Source: a virus
DNA length: 64,000 bases
Reading direction: 5' to 3' (one strand)
Virus record (IMG/VR): IMGVR_UViG_3300008952_000030
Location: 1-64,000 of that record
Of the stretch, positions 8,321 to 18,332 are shown piece by piece. How positions within the stretch are numbered: the stretch's first letter is position 1; each line of letters begins with the position of its first letter. Both the position numbers and the translations under genes were made by a program. The notes below the pieces were generated by a model, which worked only from the letters and a program-made list of their open reading frames with translations, made no database searches and was not told where the DNA came from.

Positions 8321-10775
8321 CGTTCACCTCCCATAAATTAAAGTCTGGATCCATAATATCTATTATTTCATACTTTCTGCTCTTTATTATGTTATCTTTT
8401 TCGTCTAATTCTGACTCTTTTTTAATTTTTGAAAAGAATTCTTCGGCTTCTTCATTCATGTGTTTTGCTGCCCTCGCAGTGTCGCAATCGTCATAACAAG
8501 CAGTCTGCTTCTTTGTGGAGGGATTAAGTACGGCACAGTCGCCCTTTTCGCCTGTTGTTTTCTTAGTGCAGCTTCTTTTAATGTATATTTCTTTAAGCTT
8601 TTCGAAAATATTGATATTCATTTTATTGGACTCCATTGTTAGGCGCATCAAATCATCTATTTCATCTGCATAGAATGGGTTTTCGGCACTTCTATCTCCC
8701 GCTATCTCTCCAATCTCCTTTAATATATTAAAAAGAGGAAGAAGAATTTGAGACTTGAACATGTTCATTGTAGGTATTTCTTCTTTTCTGTTTTTCCACT
8801 CCCCTATCGATATATCATTAACCCTTCTCATTCTCCGCTCAGCGTCGTGATTGGTTGACTTCCTGCCTAACTCAAGCAGATCTTTCGCAGCTTGCGGTAG
8901 GCTGTCCATAAATTCTTTCTGCGCGCTTATAACTTCAGCAGCTACTTCTTGTGCGGACTCTATTGCAGCAGCTGCAACTCTTTCATAATTTTCATCCAGA
9001 AATCGAACAACATCGACAATCATGTCTATCTCTTCTTGATTAGCTTCTGGGTTATCTATCCTTACCGACACTTTGGCAAAGATGGAGTTTTCATCAATTC
9101 GGACGCTATCGTAAAGGACGACTTGCAATGTTTCTGGTATAGTCAACTTTCTGACAACGCGAGGATCAGCTCCGTGAAGAGGCAACTCGAGCTGCTGCGC
9201 TAGGTAAGTCTGTATCGCTTGATTGAGTTCTTTTAATTTTTCAAACATTCTCTGATTAACTTCTTCGCTGACATATTTGCCACCAGCATATACAGCGAAA
9301 TGTTTAACTAAGAATGGACTAGTCTCTGTTATTATTAGATTTTCTTTGCTAGCAAATATTATCTCTTCTTCGCCGGCATACTCACTATAATCGGTGATAT
9401 TGAAATTCTTAAGCTTCTTTTGTAGTTCTTCAAGTGTTGCCTGGAACGTATCGAACGCTCCTTTGGCGATATAACCCTCTTCTGCCAAATGTTTGCTTAT
9501 GATTCGTTGCATCGTGCTGTATTGCTTGTCGTAATCCCAAATCTGGTGCAGAAAAGAGTCATACCCTTGTGGATCCGGTTCAAAACCATCAGTACTTGCT
9601 CTAATTTCGAATGTAACTTTCCCATTATAATCGGATATATCAATGTCTTCGTGATATATTTGAACTCTTTCGAATTTGCTTGATATCTCACGAGACAATT
9701 CACTCAAGTCTCGATAATTATCGGGGAACTCATATTCCCCTCCTTCAAAAATATCTTCATCGAACTCTACTGTGAATCCTCCACTAAACGACACATAATT
9801 GCCCTCACCATAGTCCTCGACTTCTGCACTGTAGTATCCATGTTTAATTTTTTCTTGATATTCGGCTTCTAGATTTGTGATTTCCGAATCCCAACTTCCT
9901 GTTGGATCTGGTGGATTGTCCAGGACGTTCATGTACCCATTCTGGATAATGTCTGCTGCTATTTCATCTATTGGTTCTTTCTCTTCCTCATCTAGCAATT
10001 CATAGTCCCACCTGGCCCCGAGCTTGTTCATCGTCACTGCATCGTAGACAGCGCTTTCACCGGGTTCATCATCTAATGCGTCGAAGACTTGCTGCAAATC
10101 TCCCTCCCTACTATAAACTAGTGCTAGCTTATGCATTTTATGATCAGCAGGAATGTTATCAAATCTCACCATCACAAACGCTTGGTAATCTGAAGTGTAT
10201 TGATCGAAGTAGTTTCTGGACTCAGTTGCTGATATGCACCATCTGGTATTTTTACCATAAAAACAAGAAGCCTCTTTTGTGAGTGGGCGAATCGCAAAAA
10301 TATCATTCTCGTCATATATGAGTTCTGAACCCTCCATTGCTCCTTCTTTTTCTCTCTTTCTTTTCTGGCTTTGCGACAAGCCCAAATCTCTCAACGCTGC
10401 GCGGAGTTCTTCCGGTTCATACTTATATATGTCCTTCTCTTTTAGTCTCTGATGGTGTTGCTGAAATTGTCCAATAATTTCCAACAAGACGTTGGCTATT
10501 TCGAAAACATCCCTATCATGAGGCGCGTTAGCGTGCCAGTGATTGTCTCCTTCAATATCATCTTTAAAATTTTGATGAAGCTCGCGAGCAAACCACATCA
10601 AATACTTTGACACCCCTTTGGGCCCAAAATCGTCATGAAGCGCTTTCTGTGCATATGCAATAAAACCAGCAAGATCCAACTGAGGGTATTTTGCCTTTAC
10701 GTCTTTGACACGTGCTTCAACAAGCAGCGCTGGATCCAGAAATTGTTTCCAAATTTTTTGAAAGGAATTAGACAC
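8313..10775 (-). CDS. Large hypothetical phage protein with 'ASCFYGKNTRWCISA' motif
   Basis: 820-aa ORF; motif type recalled from large-phage hypothetical proteins; small Cys-rich C-terminal domain. Confidence 0.7.
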   Translation of the reverse strand: MSNSFQKIWKQFLDPALLVEARVKDVKAKYPQLDLAGFIAYAQKALHDDFGPKGVSKYLMWFARELHQNFKDDIEGDNHWHANAPHDRDVFEIANVLLEIIGQFQQHHQRLKEKDIYKYEPEELRAALRDLGLSQSQKRKREKEGAMEGSELIYDENDIFAIRPLTKEASCFYGKNTRWCISATESRNYFDQYTSDYQAFVMVRFDNIPADHKMHKLALVYSREGDLQQVFDALDDEPGESAVYDAVTMNKLGARWDYELLDEEEKEPIDEIAADIIQNGYMNVLDNPPDPTGSWDSEITNLEAEYQEKIKHGYYSAEVEDYGEGNYVSFSGGFTVEFDEDIFEGGEYEFPDNYRDLSELSREISSKFERVQIYHEDIDISDYNGKVTFEIRASTDGFEPDPQGYDSFLHQIWDYDKQYSTMQRIISKHLAEEGYIAKGAFDTFQATLEELQKKLKNFNITDYSEYAGEEEIIFASKENLIITETSPFLVKHFAVYAGGKYVSEEVNQRMFEKLKELNQAIQTYLAQQLELPLHGADPRVVRKLTIPETLQVVLYDSVRIDENSIFAKVSVRIDNPEANQEEIDMIVDVVRFLDENYERVAAAAIESAQEVAAEVISAQKEFMDSLPQAAKDLLELGRKSTNHDAERRMRRVNDISIGEWKNRKEEIPTMNMFKSQILLPLFNILKEIGEIAGDRSAENPFYADEIDDLMRLTMESNKMNINIFEKLKEIYIKRSCTKKTTGEKGDCAVLNPSTKKQTACYDDCDTARAAKHMNEEAEEFFSKIKKESELDEKDNIIKSRKYEIIDIMDPDFNLWEVNDE

Positions 10776-11084
10776 TTATCTCGCCTCTAAATCTACATCC
10801 GATATATCAACATCAAATTCTTCTAAAAGCCACTCACATAACGAGCCAAGATGATTTCCTTCTGCCTGAAATGCTACATCTGCCGCAAAATCTTCCGAAT
10901 CCAAAAAATTCGAAGGGCTCTTGAGTCCAATTAGTCGGGCAACTATCTCTGGGGCTATTTCCATAACCATTTGCTGCAATCTTGCAGTTCTCTCTTCTTC
11001 CCTCACCGCTGAGGCCGTCTCTGCTGGCGTGGGTGCATCCGGGTGATCCAAGTAATCATTCCAGTTTTCAAAAAGCTTCTTCAT
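10776..11084 (-). CDS. Hypothetical protein with MKKLFENWxxYL N-terminal motif
   Basis: Shares the N-terminal motif class with 12582..13571 and 11425..11760. Confidence 0.6.
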   Translation of the reverse strand: MKKLFENWNDYLDHPDAPTPAETASAVREEERTARLQQMVMEIAPEIVARLIGLKSPSNFLDSEDFAADVAFQAEGNHLGSLCEWLLEEFDVDISDVDLEAR

Positions 11085-11422
11085 TCTTCATACTCCGTGG
11101 CAAGTCCTTCATTAATTAGTACCCGGTTAACGCTTTCCTTATGTTCTTTTACGAATATTTCCCCCAAACACCTGCCATACTTGCCATCGCCATGGGTGAC
11201 TAGCTCAAATTCATCGTTTGAGAGGGCGAGAATCGCCACTAGACGCTTCGAAGTCTCTTTTCCAGACTTAACCTCACTCTTATCCCTCGAGCGCGTCTCA
11301 GGGGCATTAATTCCCCATAATCGGATTCTTTTTCGCACAAAAATACCAAAACCTATGTCGATTTCCGCATCTATAGTGTCTCCGTCGACAACTCGGATTA
11401 ATTTTGCCTTATATTTAGCCAT
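11081..11422 (-). CDS. Thermonuclease (SNase-like) family protein
   Basis: RVVDGDTID, RIRLWGINAPE, GKYGRCLG, VNRVLINEGLA; start moved to MAKYKAK. Confidence 0.92.
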   Translation of the reverse strand: MAKYKAKLIRVVDGDTIDAEIDIGFGIFVRKRIRLWGINAPETRSRDKSEVKSGKETSKRLVAILALSNDEFELVTHGDGKYGRCLGEIFVKEHKESVNRVLINEGLATEYEE

Positions 11423-11424
11423 TT

Positions 11425-11760
11425 TTACTTTTTGAGTTGCCCTTTGAGGGTTTTCATTCTGGTTTCGTTGGATATCCACTTACTCAATCTGTTCGCAAGA
11501 CTCCCGAACTCTTCTGCGTCCGCCAATTGCTTAGCAGCGTTCCTAAATTCATAGCCTGGATAATATGAAAGCTCTCTGTCTTTGATTTCTTGCTCCATAT
11601 CCATTATTCTCATTGCCATATTCTGAATTTCTTGCAAATACTCGCGGAGGATAGCCAAGTCCCCCTTTTCAACCTCTACTTCGGAGCTATTATCGACGAC
11701 AGCTAGCTCATTTTCCTCTTTTAAGAGAAAGTTCTTCCATTTTTTCATCGAATCATCCAT
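11425..11760 (-). CDS. Hypothetical protein (MKKWKNFLLKEE motif)
   Basis: ORF overlapping the upstream gene; shared N-terminal motif. Confidence 0.6.
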   Translation of the reverse strand: MDDSMKKWKNFLLKEENELAVVDNSSEVEVEKGDLAILREYLQEIQNMAMRIMDMEQEIKDRELSYYPGYEFRNAAKQLADAEEFGSLANRLSKWISNETRMKTLKGQLKK

Positions 11761-12595
11761 TTTTCATGTCTCCTTTACGAAATAGTTTCCAATTTTCAGA
11801 TATATTAACTTTTTTTGTTGGTTTTTGGCTTATCGACATCATCATATCGTATGAAGTTGTCCTTAAGGACATTAAGTCCTTTATCTCATCGTTGTTTCTT
11901 AACATTTTAAATGCCAAGTTCTCTGCAGAGTAGACTCCTTCGTCCTCAAGCCCTGCAATTCTCATGTTTTTTATTTTTTCCTTCAATTTCGACGCATGAT
12001 CATACACTTTTTTGTACTCTTTCTTTTGAAAGAGCTTTGAGAGTTGCATAATTTCAAGCGACAAGGCTTTATATTTTTTTTTCGTGGCATCAAAATCAAT
12101 ATCTATCTCTTCTCGAACCGGCATCTCGAGCCATTCTCCGCTTAACACCGAATGAACTCCATTAGAGAAGTGCTCCTCGTTAATATCTTGTATATATATT
12201 TCTACTTCGTGCCCAAATATTCGAATATTATGGCTATTGTTCCACTGAATTCTCTTGAGGGCGAAAAATTCTGACAAAATATCTTCAGTTTCGCCAATTT
12301 CATTAAAATCTACCAGCAAATGCAAGTCAATGTCGCTAGCATTGTGGTAGTTGTAGCTAGCTAGAGAGCCAGTAAACGTTATATCTTCAAAGTCTGGTAC
12401 ATTTGGCACGCTATCTTGGACAGAAGAGTAAAACTCTTGAGCTATTTCCACCAGTCTTTCGCGAGCTTCTTCATTTAGCTGCCCCCTATTCCAGAATTTG
12501 GAATTAAGTTTATCTTTTATGGTTAACTTTGAGCGATCGAAATCTTGTTCTGTAAGATACTTGCCCCATTTTCTGTTAAAATCAGTCATTTTCAA
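11753..12595 (-). CDS. DNA polymerase beta-superfamily nucleotidyltransferase
   Basis: hGS...SDIDLH signature (TGSLASYNYHNASDIDLHL) plus VEIYIQD. Confidence 0.85.
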   Translation of the reverse strand: MKMTDFNRKWGKYLTEQDFDRSKLTIKDKLNSKFWNRGQLNEEARERLVEIAQEFYSSVQDSVPNVPDFEDITFTGSLASYNYHNASDIDLHLLVDFNEIGETEDILSEFFALKRIQWNNSHNIRIFGHEVEIYIQDINEEHFSNGVHSVLSGEWLEMPVREEIDIDFDATKKKYKALSLEIMQLSKLFQKKEYKKVYDHASKLKEKIKNMRIAGLEDEGVYSAENLAFKMLRNNDEIKDLMSLRTTSYDMMMSISQKPTKKVNISENWKLFRKGDMKNG

Positions 12596-13571
12596 ATATT
12601 TCCTGCGCTATTTTTTCGTATTTGTTGGGATTTTTAATATTCTTTACCTGTCTCATCTTGTGTTCTGAGTGTTCAGAGCTTAATTTTATCTTACCAATTG
12701 GCAATTCCGCCTTGTAGTACTTCTTGCTACCGACATCCTTCACTTTTTCAACGTTGTTTATCGACAGTCCAGTCTCTTCTTTCACCTCTCTTCGAAGTCC
12801 GTCCAAGATGTCTTCCCCTTCGTGCACGTGGCCACCAGGCAAGTCCCACTCTCCGGCATGTTTTTTAACATACGCCGTTCGTTTAAGAAACAAAACCTTC
12901 TGATCTTCGCCGACAAGAATCACTTTAGCCACTATTTTGCTGTCCTCTTTCGCTTCAGATAGAGTGCCTTTCCAGAACTGCCCATGAAAATGCCTGCCAG
13001 CTCTATCTAAATTCGCAAAGTATCCTTGTCCTATCATACTATTGACAACGCTGAAATTTAACCCTAGCATGCTAGCAAGGATTATCCTACCAGATCTGCC
13101 ATTGCCGTCGTCGAAGGGGTGTATTAATTCGTATACAGTGTGAGCTTGGAACTCTCTACCGCTCCAATCTTGACTAATCCACCAATCAAGAGCCTCTGGG
13201 ATATCTTCCGGATTAACGTATTTGGTACCGTGTTCAGATTGTGCACCTCCAGTTCTTAGCATACCAGGCGCCCCAGCATCTAAAGCTCCTGCTCCCATCG
13301 CTCTATGTACATGGAGTATATCAGAAATTTCCGATATTCCCCCTTTGGCTTGCTCTAAACCTGCTAGATGAGAGAATATATGAGGATTTTGTGTAACATA
13401 CCTAAGAGGATATCCCTGTTCTTTACCCTCTATCGCTTCAAGTACTTCTTCCGGAGAGACATCATACCCTTCTATTTTATTCGATTGTACGATAAAAGAG
13501 ACAAGCTCGCTGTTGCTAGCTTCGGACTCCTCTTTAACAAACTTTCGCCAACTTTCTAATATGAGTTTCAT
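12582..13571 (-). CDS. Fic domain - Nudix hydrolase fusion
   Basis: Canonical Fic motif HPFDDGNGRSGR; Nudix box GGHVHEGEDILDGLRREVKEETGL. Confidence 0.92.
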   Translation of the reverse strand: MKLILESWRKFVKEESEASNSELVSFIVQSNKIEGYDVSPEEVLEAIEGKEQGYPLRYVTQNPHIFSHLAGLEQAKGGISEISDILHVHRAMGAGALDAGAPGMLRTGGAQSEHGTKYVNPEDIPEALDWWISQDWSGREFQAHTVYELIHPFDDGNGRSGRIILASMLGLNFSVVNSMIGQGYFANLDRAGRHFHGQFWKGTLSEAKEDSKIVAKVILVGEDQKVLFLKRTAYVKKHAGEWDLPGGHVHEGEDILDGLRREVKEETGLSINNVEKVKDVGSKKYYKAELPIGKIKLSSEHSEHKMRQVKNIKNPNKYEKIAQEIFEND

Positions 13572-13772
13572 ACAATAAATAGTATTTAAATATCTATTAT
13601 AATAACTCTTTTCTCTGGCTTCTTTTCAGTTTTCGGTTTCGGCACTGGAGGCGCCGGAGGCGGAGGACGAACACGTGGCTGCTTTCGTGGTGTTTCAGCT
13701 TCTTTCTTCTTTATCTTTTGCTTGATGCTGCGTATTAAAATATCAATGATGTCTATCATGACTCCACCCCCC

Positions 13773-14090
13773 TTAGCAATCTATATTGTCTGTTATATAT
13801 CTACCATTTATCCAAGCTTGACAGTATGGGCCCACGTCATGTTTGACATTCTTAATTATCCACAAAACCTCATCAATCGCAGAAACTTGGATTACCAGTA
13901 TCTTGCTTTCCCACATTTCTTCTTCTGGTAAGACAAATCCCATTTTAGTCAACATTTCAACGTGCTTACCTGGATCGTGCATAACAACAATGTTTTCTCC
14001 TGGATGCATCATGTCTAACCAAGTTTGCACCAAATCATGCTGACTGACAGTGTAAGACATGTGCATTATATTATTTGATAGATCTATCAT
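13773..14090 (-). CDS. Hypothetical protein
   Basis: ORF downstream of the YkuK-like gene; start moved to MIDLS to avoid overlap. Confidence 0.5.
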   Translation of the reverse strand: MIDLSNNIMHMSYTVSQHDLVQTWLDMMHPGENIVVMHDPGKHVEMLTKMGFVLPEEEMWESKILVIQVSAIDEVLWIIKNVKHDVGPYCQAWINGRYITDNIDC

Positions 14091-14097
14091 GATATCC

Positions 14098-14586
14098 TTA
14101 TTTAGAGTGTTTGTCTGCAACAGATTGAGCTGCCCAACTATCAGGTTTAACCTTACATTCAAAGCCTGCGCCGGTAACATACCCACTCAACATATCGGCA
14201 AAACTGGAAGTTGCAGCCTTTGCATGAAAAGGAGAGACGTCGATGTGAAGCTCTATGCTAGATGGCTCGAGCTTATGCGTATTCATAAAATATTCACCAA
14301 TCTCGACTGAGCGTCTCACTTCTTCGGTTATCCGATACACCAACACGTTAAACTTCTTTTTTGGAAGATACTCCTTGTGAAAGAAGTAGCGGCCGCCATT
14401 ACCATCTCCATAAAGACATATCGCTGTTGCAAAATTAACTTTGTTTTTAGATATAAAAGAGTCGGATCCAACAAAAAGTTTCCCACCGTCGGAAATACAA
14501 GACTTTACCTTCTTAACTATCTCTTCGAAAGTAATGCTGCGATCGGATCCGGTGTGCCATTTGAACTGTTCGAGGGCATGTAACAT
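14098..14586 (-). CDS. RNase H-like YkuK/DUF458 family protein
   Basis: FVGSDS, GGRYFF, RITEEVRRS, IELHIDV, KPDSWAAQSVADKH. Confidence 0.85.
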   Translation of the reverse strand: MLHALEQFKWHTGSDRSITFEEIVKKVKSCISDGGKLFVGSDSFISKNKVNFATAICLYGDGNGGRYFFHKEYLPKKKFNVLVYRITEEVRRSVEIGEYFMNTHKLEPSSIELHIDVSPFHAKAATSSFADMLSGYVTGAGFECKVKPDSWAAQSVADKHSK

Positions 14587-14607
14587 ATGTGTTATATTAC
14601 ATTAATT

Positions 14608-14940
14608 TTAATCATTTTTAAATATCTTTTCGATATGAATCATGAGTATGTTTCGAACCTCAGAATCGTCTGTGATATCTTCCATCATATCTAGCAAGAA
14701 TTCTGAATTTTCTGCAGCTGCCAGAGTCATAGCTCTGAGCACAATATTGCGAAAATGTTCACTGTTTTCTTCTCGCTGGGGATTCAAGGAGTCCAAGACT
14801 TTTCCCCATGATATTTCACGTTCTGCTTCTTTTTCCACTGCATCATCAATATAAGAAGCAGAATCTGGAGTTTTAGCATTAGCCATATCATACATGGCTT
14901 CTTTTATAAGATATTTTAGCGTGTCCTTCGTTATGTTCAC
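14608..14940 (-). CDS. Hypothetical protein with MNITKDTLKYLIKE motif
   Basis: Shared N-terminal motif. Confidence 0.65.
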   Translation of the reverse strand: MNITKDTLKYLIKEAMYDMANAKTPDSASYIDDAVEKEAEREISWGKVLDSLNPQREENSEHFRNIVLRAMTLAAAENSEFLLDMMEDITDDSEVRNILMIHIEKIFKND

Positions 14941-14955
14941 GATAATTGCTCCTGA

Positions 14956-15447
14956 CTACTTACGCTTGATTGTTTTAAGCTCTTGTTGCACCATCTTTTT
15001 AAGAATAGACGTGAAATCATTATTTTCAGCTAGAGCAGCTGGATCGATATCCTCTGGTGATGGCAAATCAGGTGCACCAACGGGCTCTTCCGGAACATCT
15101 ACTGCCGGCTCTTCAGCAGGGCCAGCGTCCTTTTCAGCTTTAGCTAGTCGGCTCTGGATAAGGGTGCGGAACGCCTGCAGCTCGTCTACAGTATCCAATC
15201 CGATGGCTTGCAATATGAGAGTGTATACATTTGCCTTTATTTGCGGAGACTTTTGACTCTCAATAGCGTCAGCGAGTGAATTGAGTATCTCACTTGCTCT
15301 GGGTATATTAAGAACTCTCTTGACTTCTCCTGGAAGTGAAGTAGACGCCATACCAACCACGTCAGGTGCTTCTTCCTCGCTCATATTAAAGCGATTTTCC
15401 AGCGTCTCTCTTATCATATTCTCAAGTGTTTTCTTGGTAATTTTCAT
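14956..15447 (-). CDS. Hypothetical protein with MKITKKTLENMIRE motif
   Basis: Shared N-terminal motif; ACTAGTTA box at 15481-15488. Confidence 0.65.
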   Translation of the reverse strand: MKITKKTLENMIRETLENRFNMSEEEAPDVVGMASTSLPGEVKRVLNIPRASEILNSLADAIESQKSPQIKANVYTLILQAIGLDTVDELQAFRTLIQSRLAKAEKDAGPAEEPAVDVPEEPVGAPDLPSPEDIDPAALAENNDFTSILKKMVQQELKTIKRK

Positions 15448-15518
15448 AGTACTATGAACTCCTTTTCAATATTGATATAATAACTAGTTTGTTTTTTTGT
15501 AATATTGAAGAAAATTGA

Positions 15519-15773
15519 TTATCGAAGGGACATGTCCTTTTTGGTGTCGCGAAGCTTGGGCATAAAATCTTTCTTTAATTTCAAAAGCCTTTGAAACTTA
15601 ACTTTCTGTCGAGCATCTACCCACAACACTTTTGGTTTTCGGACTTTGCCGTCGATAAGTAAATCATCGAAGTTGTAGAATTTTGTTTTGGTGCCTTCGT
15701 TTTGTGCAGACACAGGGATAGGCACGAAGGTGAGGATAAGTATAAGCGTTAATATATTAACGCCCCACTTCAT
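15519..15773 (-). CDS. CglF/GltF-like exported protein (gliding-motility-associated family)
   Basis: Signal peptide, then KFYNFDDLLIDGKVRKP...ARQKVKFQRLLKLKKDF, resembling the CglF/GltF pattern. Confidence 0.6.
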   Translation of the reverse strand: MKWGVNILTLILILTFVPIPVSAQNEGTKTKFYNFDDLLIDGKVRKPKVLWVDARQKVKFQRLLKLKKDFMPKLRDTKKDMSLR

Positions 15774-16081
15774 ATCCTCGCTTTGCCTGACACAATGTCA
15801 TTAATAGATCCGCGACGAACATCAGCCAAAGCTGCATATAAATCAGATTCGAGCCTGTCGAGAGCTTCTTGACTAGGATCGAACTGATACAAGGCTTCCA
15901 AGATAGCATTAACCCCCAATTGAATTGCTTCAGCGGCGTCGTGGTGTGTTGAAAAGTCCTCTTCTGGCTCCCAACTAGTAGCCTCTTCGCCTTCCAAGTC
16001 TGAAAAGTCATCAGGTGTATACTCTTCCAATATTCGAGCTACTTCCTCCTGAATCATTTGAAATATTTTTTCTTTTTTCAT
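15770..16081 (-). CDS. Hypothetical protein (IFQMIQEE motif)
   Basis: Shared N-terminal motif. Confidence 0.6.
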   Translation of the reverse strand: MKKEKIFQMIQEEVARILEEYTPDDFSDLEGEEATSWEPEEDFSTHHDAAEAIQLGVNAILEALYQFDPSQEALDRLESDLYAALADVRRGSINDIVSGKARI

Positions 16082-16239
16082 TTTTCTTCTCCAAGCTCTT
16101 CATGAAATGCAGCAAGTATCGCTGCGGTGATATCATCGATATGTTCTTCTTCAATTGATTCTTTCATTTCCCAAAAGTTTCGCAATGCTTCTGATGCTGT
16201 TAATTTATCTTTTTCAAGCTCAATACATATGATGCACAT
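16078..16239 (-). CDS. 53-aa CxxC protein MCIICIELEKDKLTASEALRNFWEM... (not in ORF track)
   Basis: Manual translation; fills the gap and overlaps the next gene by ATGA. Confidence 0.65.
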   Translation of the reverse strand: MCIICIELEKDKLTASEALRNFWEMKESIEEEHIDDITAAILAAFHEELGEEK

Positions 16240-16240
16240 A

Positions 16241-16672
16241 TTATTCTCCTAGCCAGTCATGAAAGAAGTCCGTTTGCGCCCACTGTACAGCAGATCTGCC
16301 TTGCCCCCACGATGGCAATCCCCAATCTTTGTAATTCTCGAGGAAAGCAGAAGAACGCGGAGGCATGTTTGACGTCAAGATTCCAGTACTACCAAACCAC
16401 TTGCCGTGCACGAATTCACGCATGCGAAAGAACGCGGCGTTATCGGGACCCGAACCCCACTCCCCCTTTCGGACAACTTCATCAGCATGCTGCAGCATTT
16501 TCCGCATATCTGCGACAAACAGCTCAGCAATCTTTCGGGTAGTTTTATCAGCTAGCGCGAATTGATTACTGGGTCCGTTGAACCAGAAGTCCCGCCACAT
16601 GTCAGCAGCAGGAACATCAACACCAAGTTCTTCGCGGATAATTTTTTTAATATAGGAGGTTTTGAGTTTCAT
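16241..16672 (-). CDS. Hypothetical protein with MKLKTSYIKKIIREE motif
   Basis: Shared motif; ACTATTTA box at 16697-16704. Confidence 0.65.
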   Translation of the reverse strand: MKLKTSYIKKIIREELGVDVPAADMWRDFWFNGPSNQFALADKTTRKIAELFVADMRKMLQHADEVVRKGEWGSGPDNAAFFRMREFVHGKWFGSTGILTSNMPPRSSAFLENYKDWGLPSWGQGRSAVQWAQTDFFHDWLGE

Positions 16673-16887
16673 ACATGGGTTCCTTAAGTTATGTTATAAA
16701 TAGTCACGAAAATCTCATTTTTTTCGCGGGGAAATTTTTTTATGTCCACATCTGCACTTTTTGACTCTTTTTTCCAAAATAGTGACTTTTGCCTCGAGAT
16801 CGGAGATGCTATCGGACATTGAATAGTACGTACCGCCCATTGCAATGCTTAAAGTAACAATTGTTATAAGGGTGCCAATTTCAATCT

Positions 16888-17121
16888 TCATGATGAATTT
16901 CCTCGATAATAAAATTCTTTACCATCCGATGCAGCGATAGTTGTGTTGTGCATGTTGAATGATTTTGTTTTTCTTTGCTTTTCAAGCTCTTTGAGAAGTG
17001 CCCCGTTTTGCTCTTCGAATTGCTTAATGGCGTTATTGATTAGCTTAACATGTGCATATACCAAGCACGCTGTCCACAACACCATTATAACACAATGCGA
17101 TATAATCAAGAACGTTGACAT
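16888..17121 (-). CDS. Small membrane protein
   Basis: N-terminal transmembrane helix followed by a coiled-coil-like segment. Confidence 0.5.
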   Translation of the reverse strand: MSTFLIISHCVIMVLWTACLVYAHVKLINNAIKQFEEQNGALLKELEKQRKTKSFNMHNTTIAASDGKEFYYRGNSS

Positions 17122-17149
17122 GGAAATAACTATAAGTCAATTAAATTAA

Positions 17150-17509
17150 TTAAGCCATTTTCGTTGCACGCCGCAGACGAAGCGGCAGCGCTTTTGCGTC
17201 AGGATCAGCTCCAGGACGCAGAGGGCGAGGAACAGGAGTCTTGGCAGCCTCCTTTTTGTCAATTATGGTTTTAACAAGAGAGATGGCTTCAGACAATATA
17301 TTGCTTACTTGAGAATATTCAGGTTCACTAAACTGCCACCCGCTGCGTCTATCGACATACTTCTTAATAACTTCGAAAGCATATATGCATTCTTTATCTT
17401 CAGTGATGACGTCGATGTTGTAGGCACCAATAAGTTGAGAGGCACCGGCTTCATTGAGATACTTGCCGATTTCTTCAGAAATTATAATTTGAAGTTGCTT
17501 AGGTGTCAT
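17150..17509 (-). CDS. Hypothetical protein with MTPKQLQIIISEE motif
   Basis: Shared motif; start adjusted. Confidence 0.6.
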   Translation of the reverse strand: MTPKQLQIIISEEIGKYLNEAGASQLIGAYNIDVITEDKECIYAFEVIKKYVDRRSGWQFSEPEYSQVSNILSEAISLVKTIIDKKEAAKTPVPRPLRPGADPDAKALPLRLRRATKMA

Positions 17510-17510
17510 C

Positions 17511-17855
17511 TTAACCGAGCCTGTCTCTAATAACGCCGGCGATATCACTCAATAAACCGGAAACATCATCTTTGAGGCGTTGACGTGATTCAGGAGATGA
17601 AACTTGGTTCATTGCAGCTTCAATCTCGTCGCTGCCGTCCTTAACAACTTTTTGAAGCTCAGGATCCTCTCGTACTTGCTTGGCAATGCTTTTGCCCAGA
17701 AAAGCCTTAACAAGCCAGTAAGCCAGGCCAAGTCCGAAAACAGTACTAAAGAAGCCTTCTTCGAGGTTTTCGTTCTCTTCGACGTGGTTGTTAATCTCTT
17801 CAGCAATAATTTCTTCATTGATGATATCGCGCAATTTTGATTCTGTGAGTTTCAT
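17511..17855 (-). CDS. Hypothetical protein with MKLTESKLRDIINEE motif and one TM helix
   Basis: Shared motif; ACTACTTA box at 17885-17892. Confidence 0.65.
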   Translation of the reverse strand: MKLTESKLRDIINEEIIAEEINNHVEENENLEEGFFSTVFGLGLAYWLVKAFLGKSIAKQVREDPELQKVVKDGSDEIEAAMNQVSSPESRQRLKDDVSGLLSDIAGVIRDRLG

Positions 17856-17891
17856 AATGCTATAGCTCCCTTTTGCGTATAGTGTAAGTAG

Positions 17892-18332
17892 TTATTTAAT
17901 TTTGATATTCAGCAAAAGATAGACAGTTATTGCTCCGGGCCCAGATCTGACGTCAATGATTGTATTATCTGAACCCAATATCAGCATTGTTGGTACTGCA
18001 TTAATGCCATAAAAGCTAGCTACTGAATTAACCCAGGGTTCATCGATGTTGACGTTTTCAACTGCATTGTGGAGTTCACCCTCGCGCAGAGCGCGGCGCA
18101 AAAACTTGCAAGCTTCACACCACTCAGCGCCAAAAACCAAATATTTTTTGCCGGGTTTTTTAAGCGCTTCCCTTAATCTAGCTTCGTTTGTCCATCTAGG
18201 TTTTTCTTTTTTGATTTCTTTGCCGAAGTACGTAACAGTAAGCTCGGCGTTTCTAGGTGTTGGTGGGGTGCTGCCGCAGCTAGCTATAGCCATAGCCATT
18301 ATTGCAATCATTGCTGCAATAGCTATTCTCAT
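17892..18332 (-). CDS. Thioredoxin-like lipoprotein
   Basis: Lipobox IASC, FGAEWCEAC, cis-Pro motif AVPT. Confidence 0.85.
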   Translation of the reverse strand: MRIAIAAMIAIMAMAIASCGSTPPTPRNAELTVTYFGKEIKKEKPRWTNEARLREALKKPGKKYLVFGAEWCEACKFLRRALREGELHNAVENVNIDEPWVNSVASFYGINAVPTMLILGSDNTIIDVRSGPGAITVYLLLNIKIK

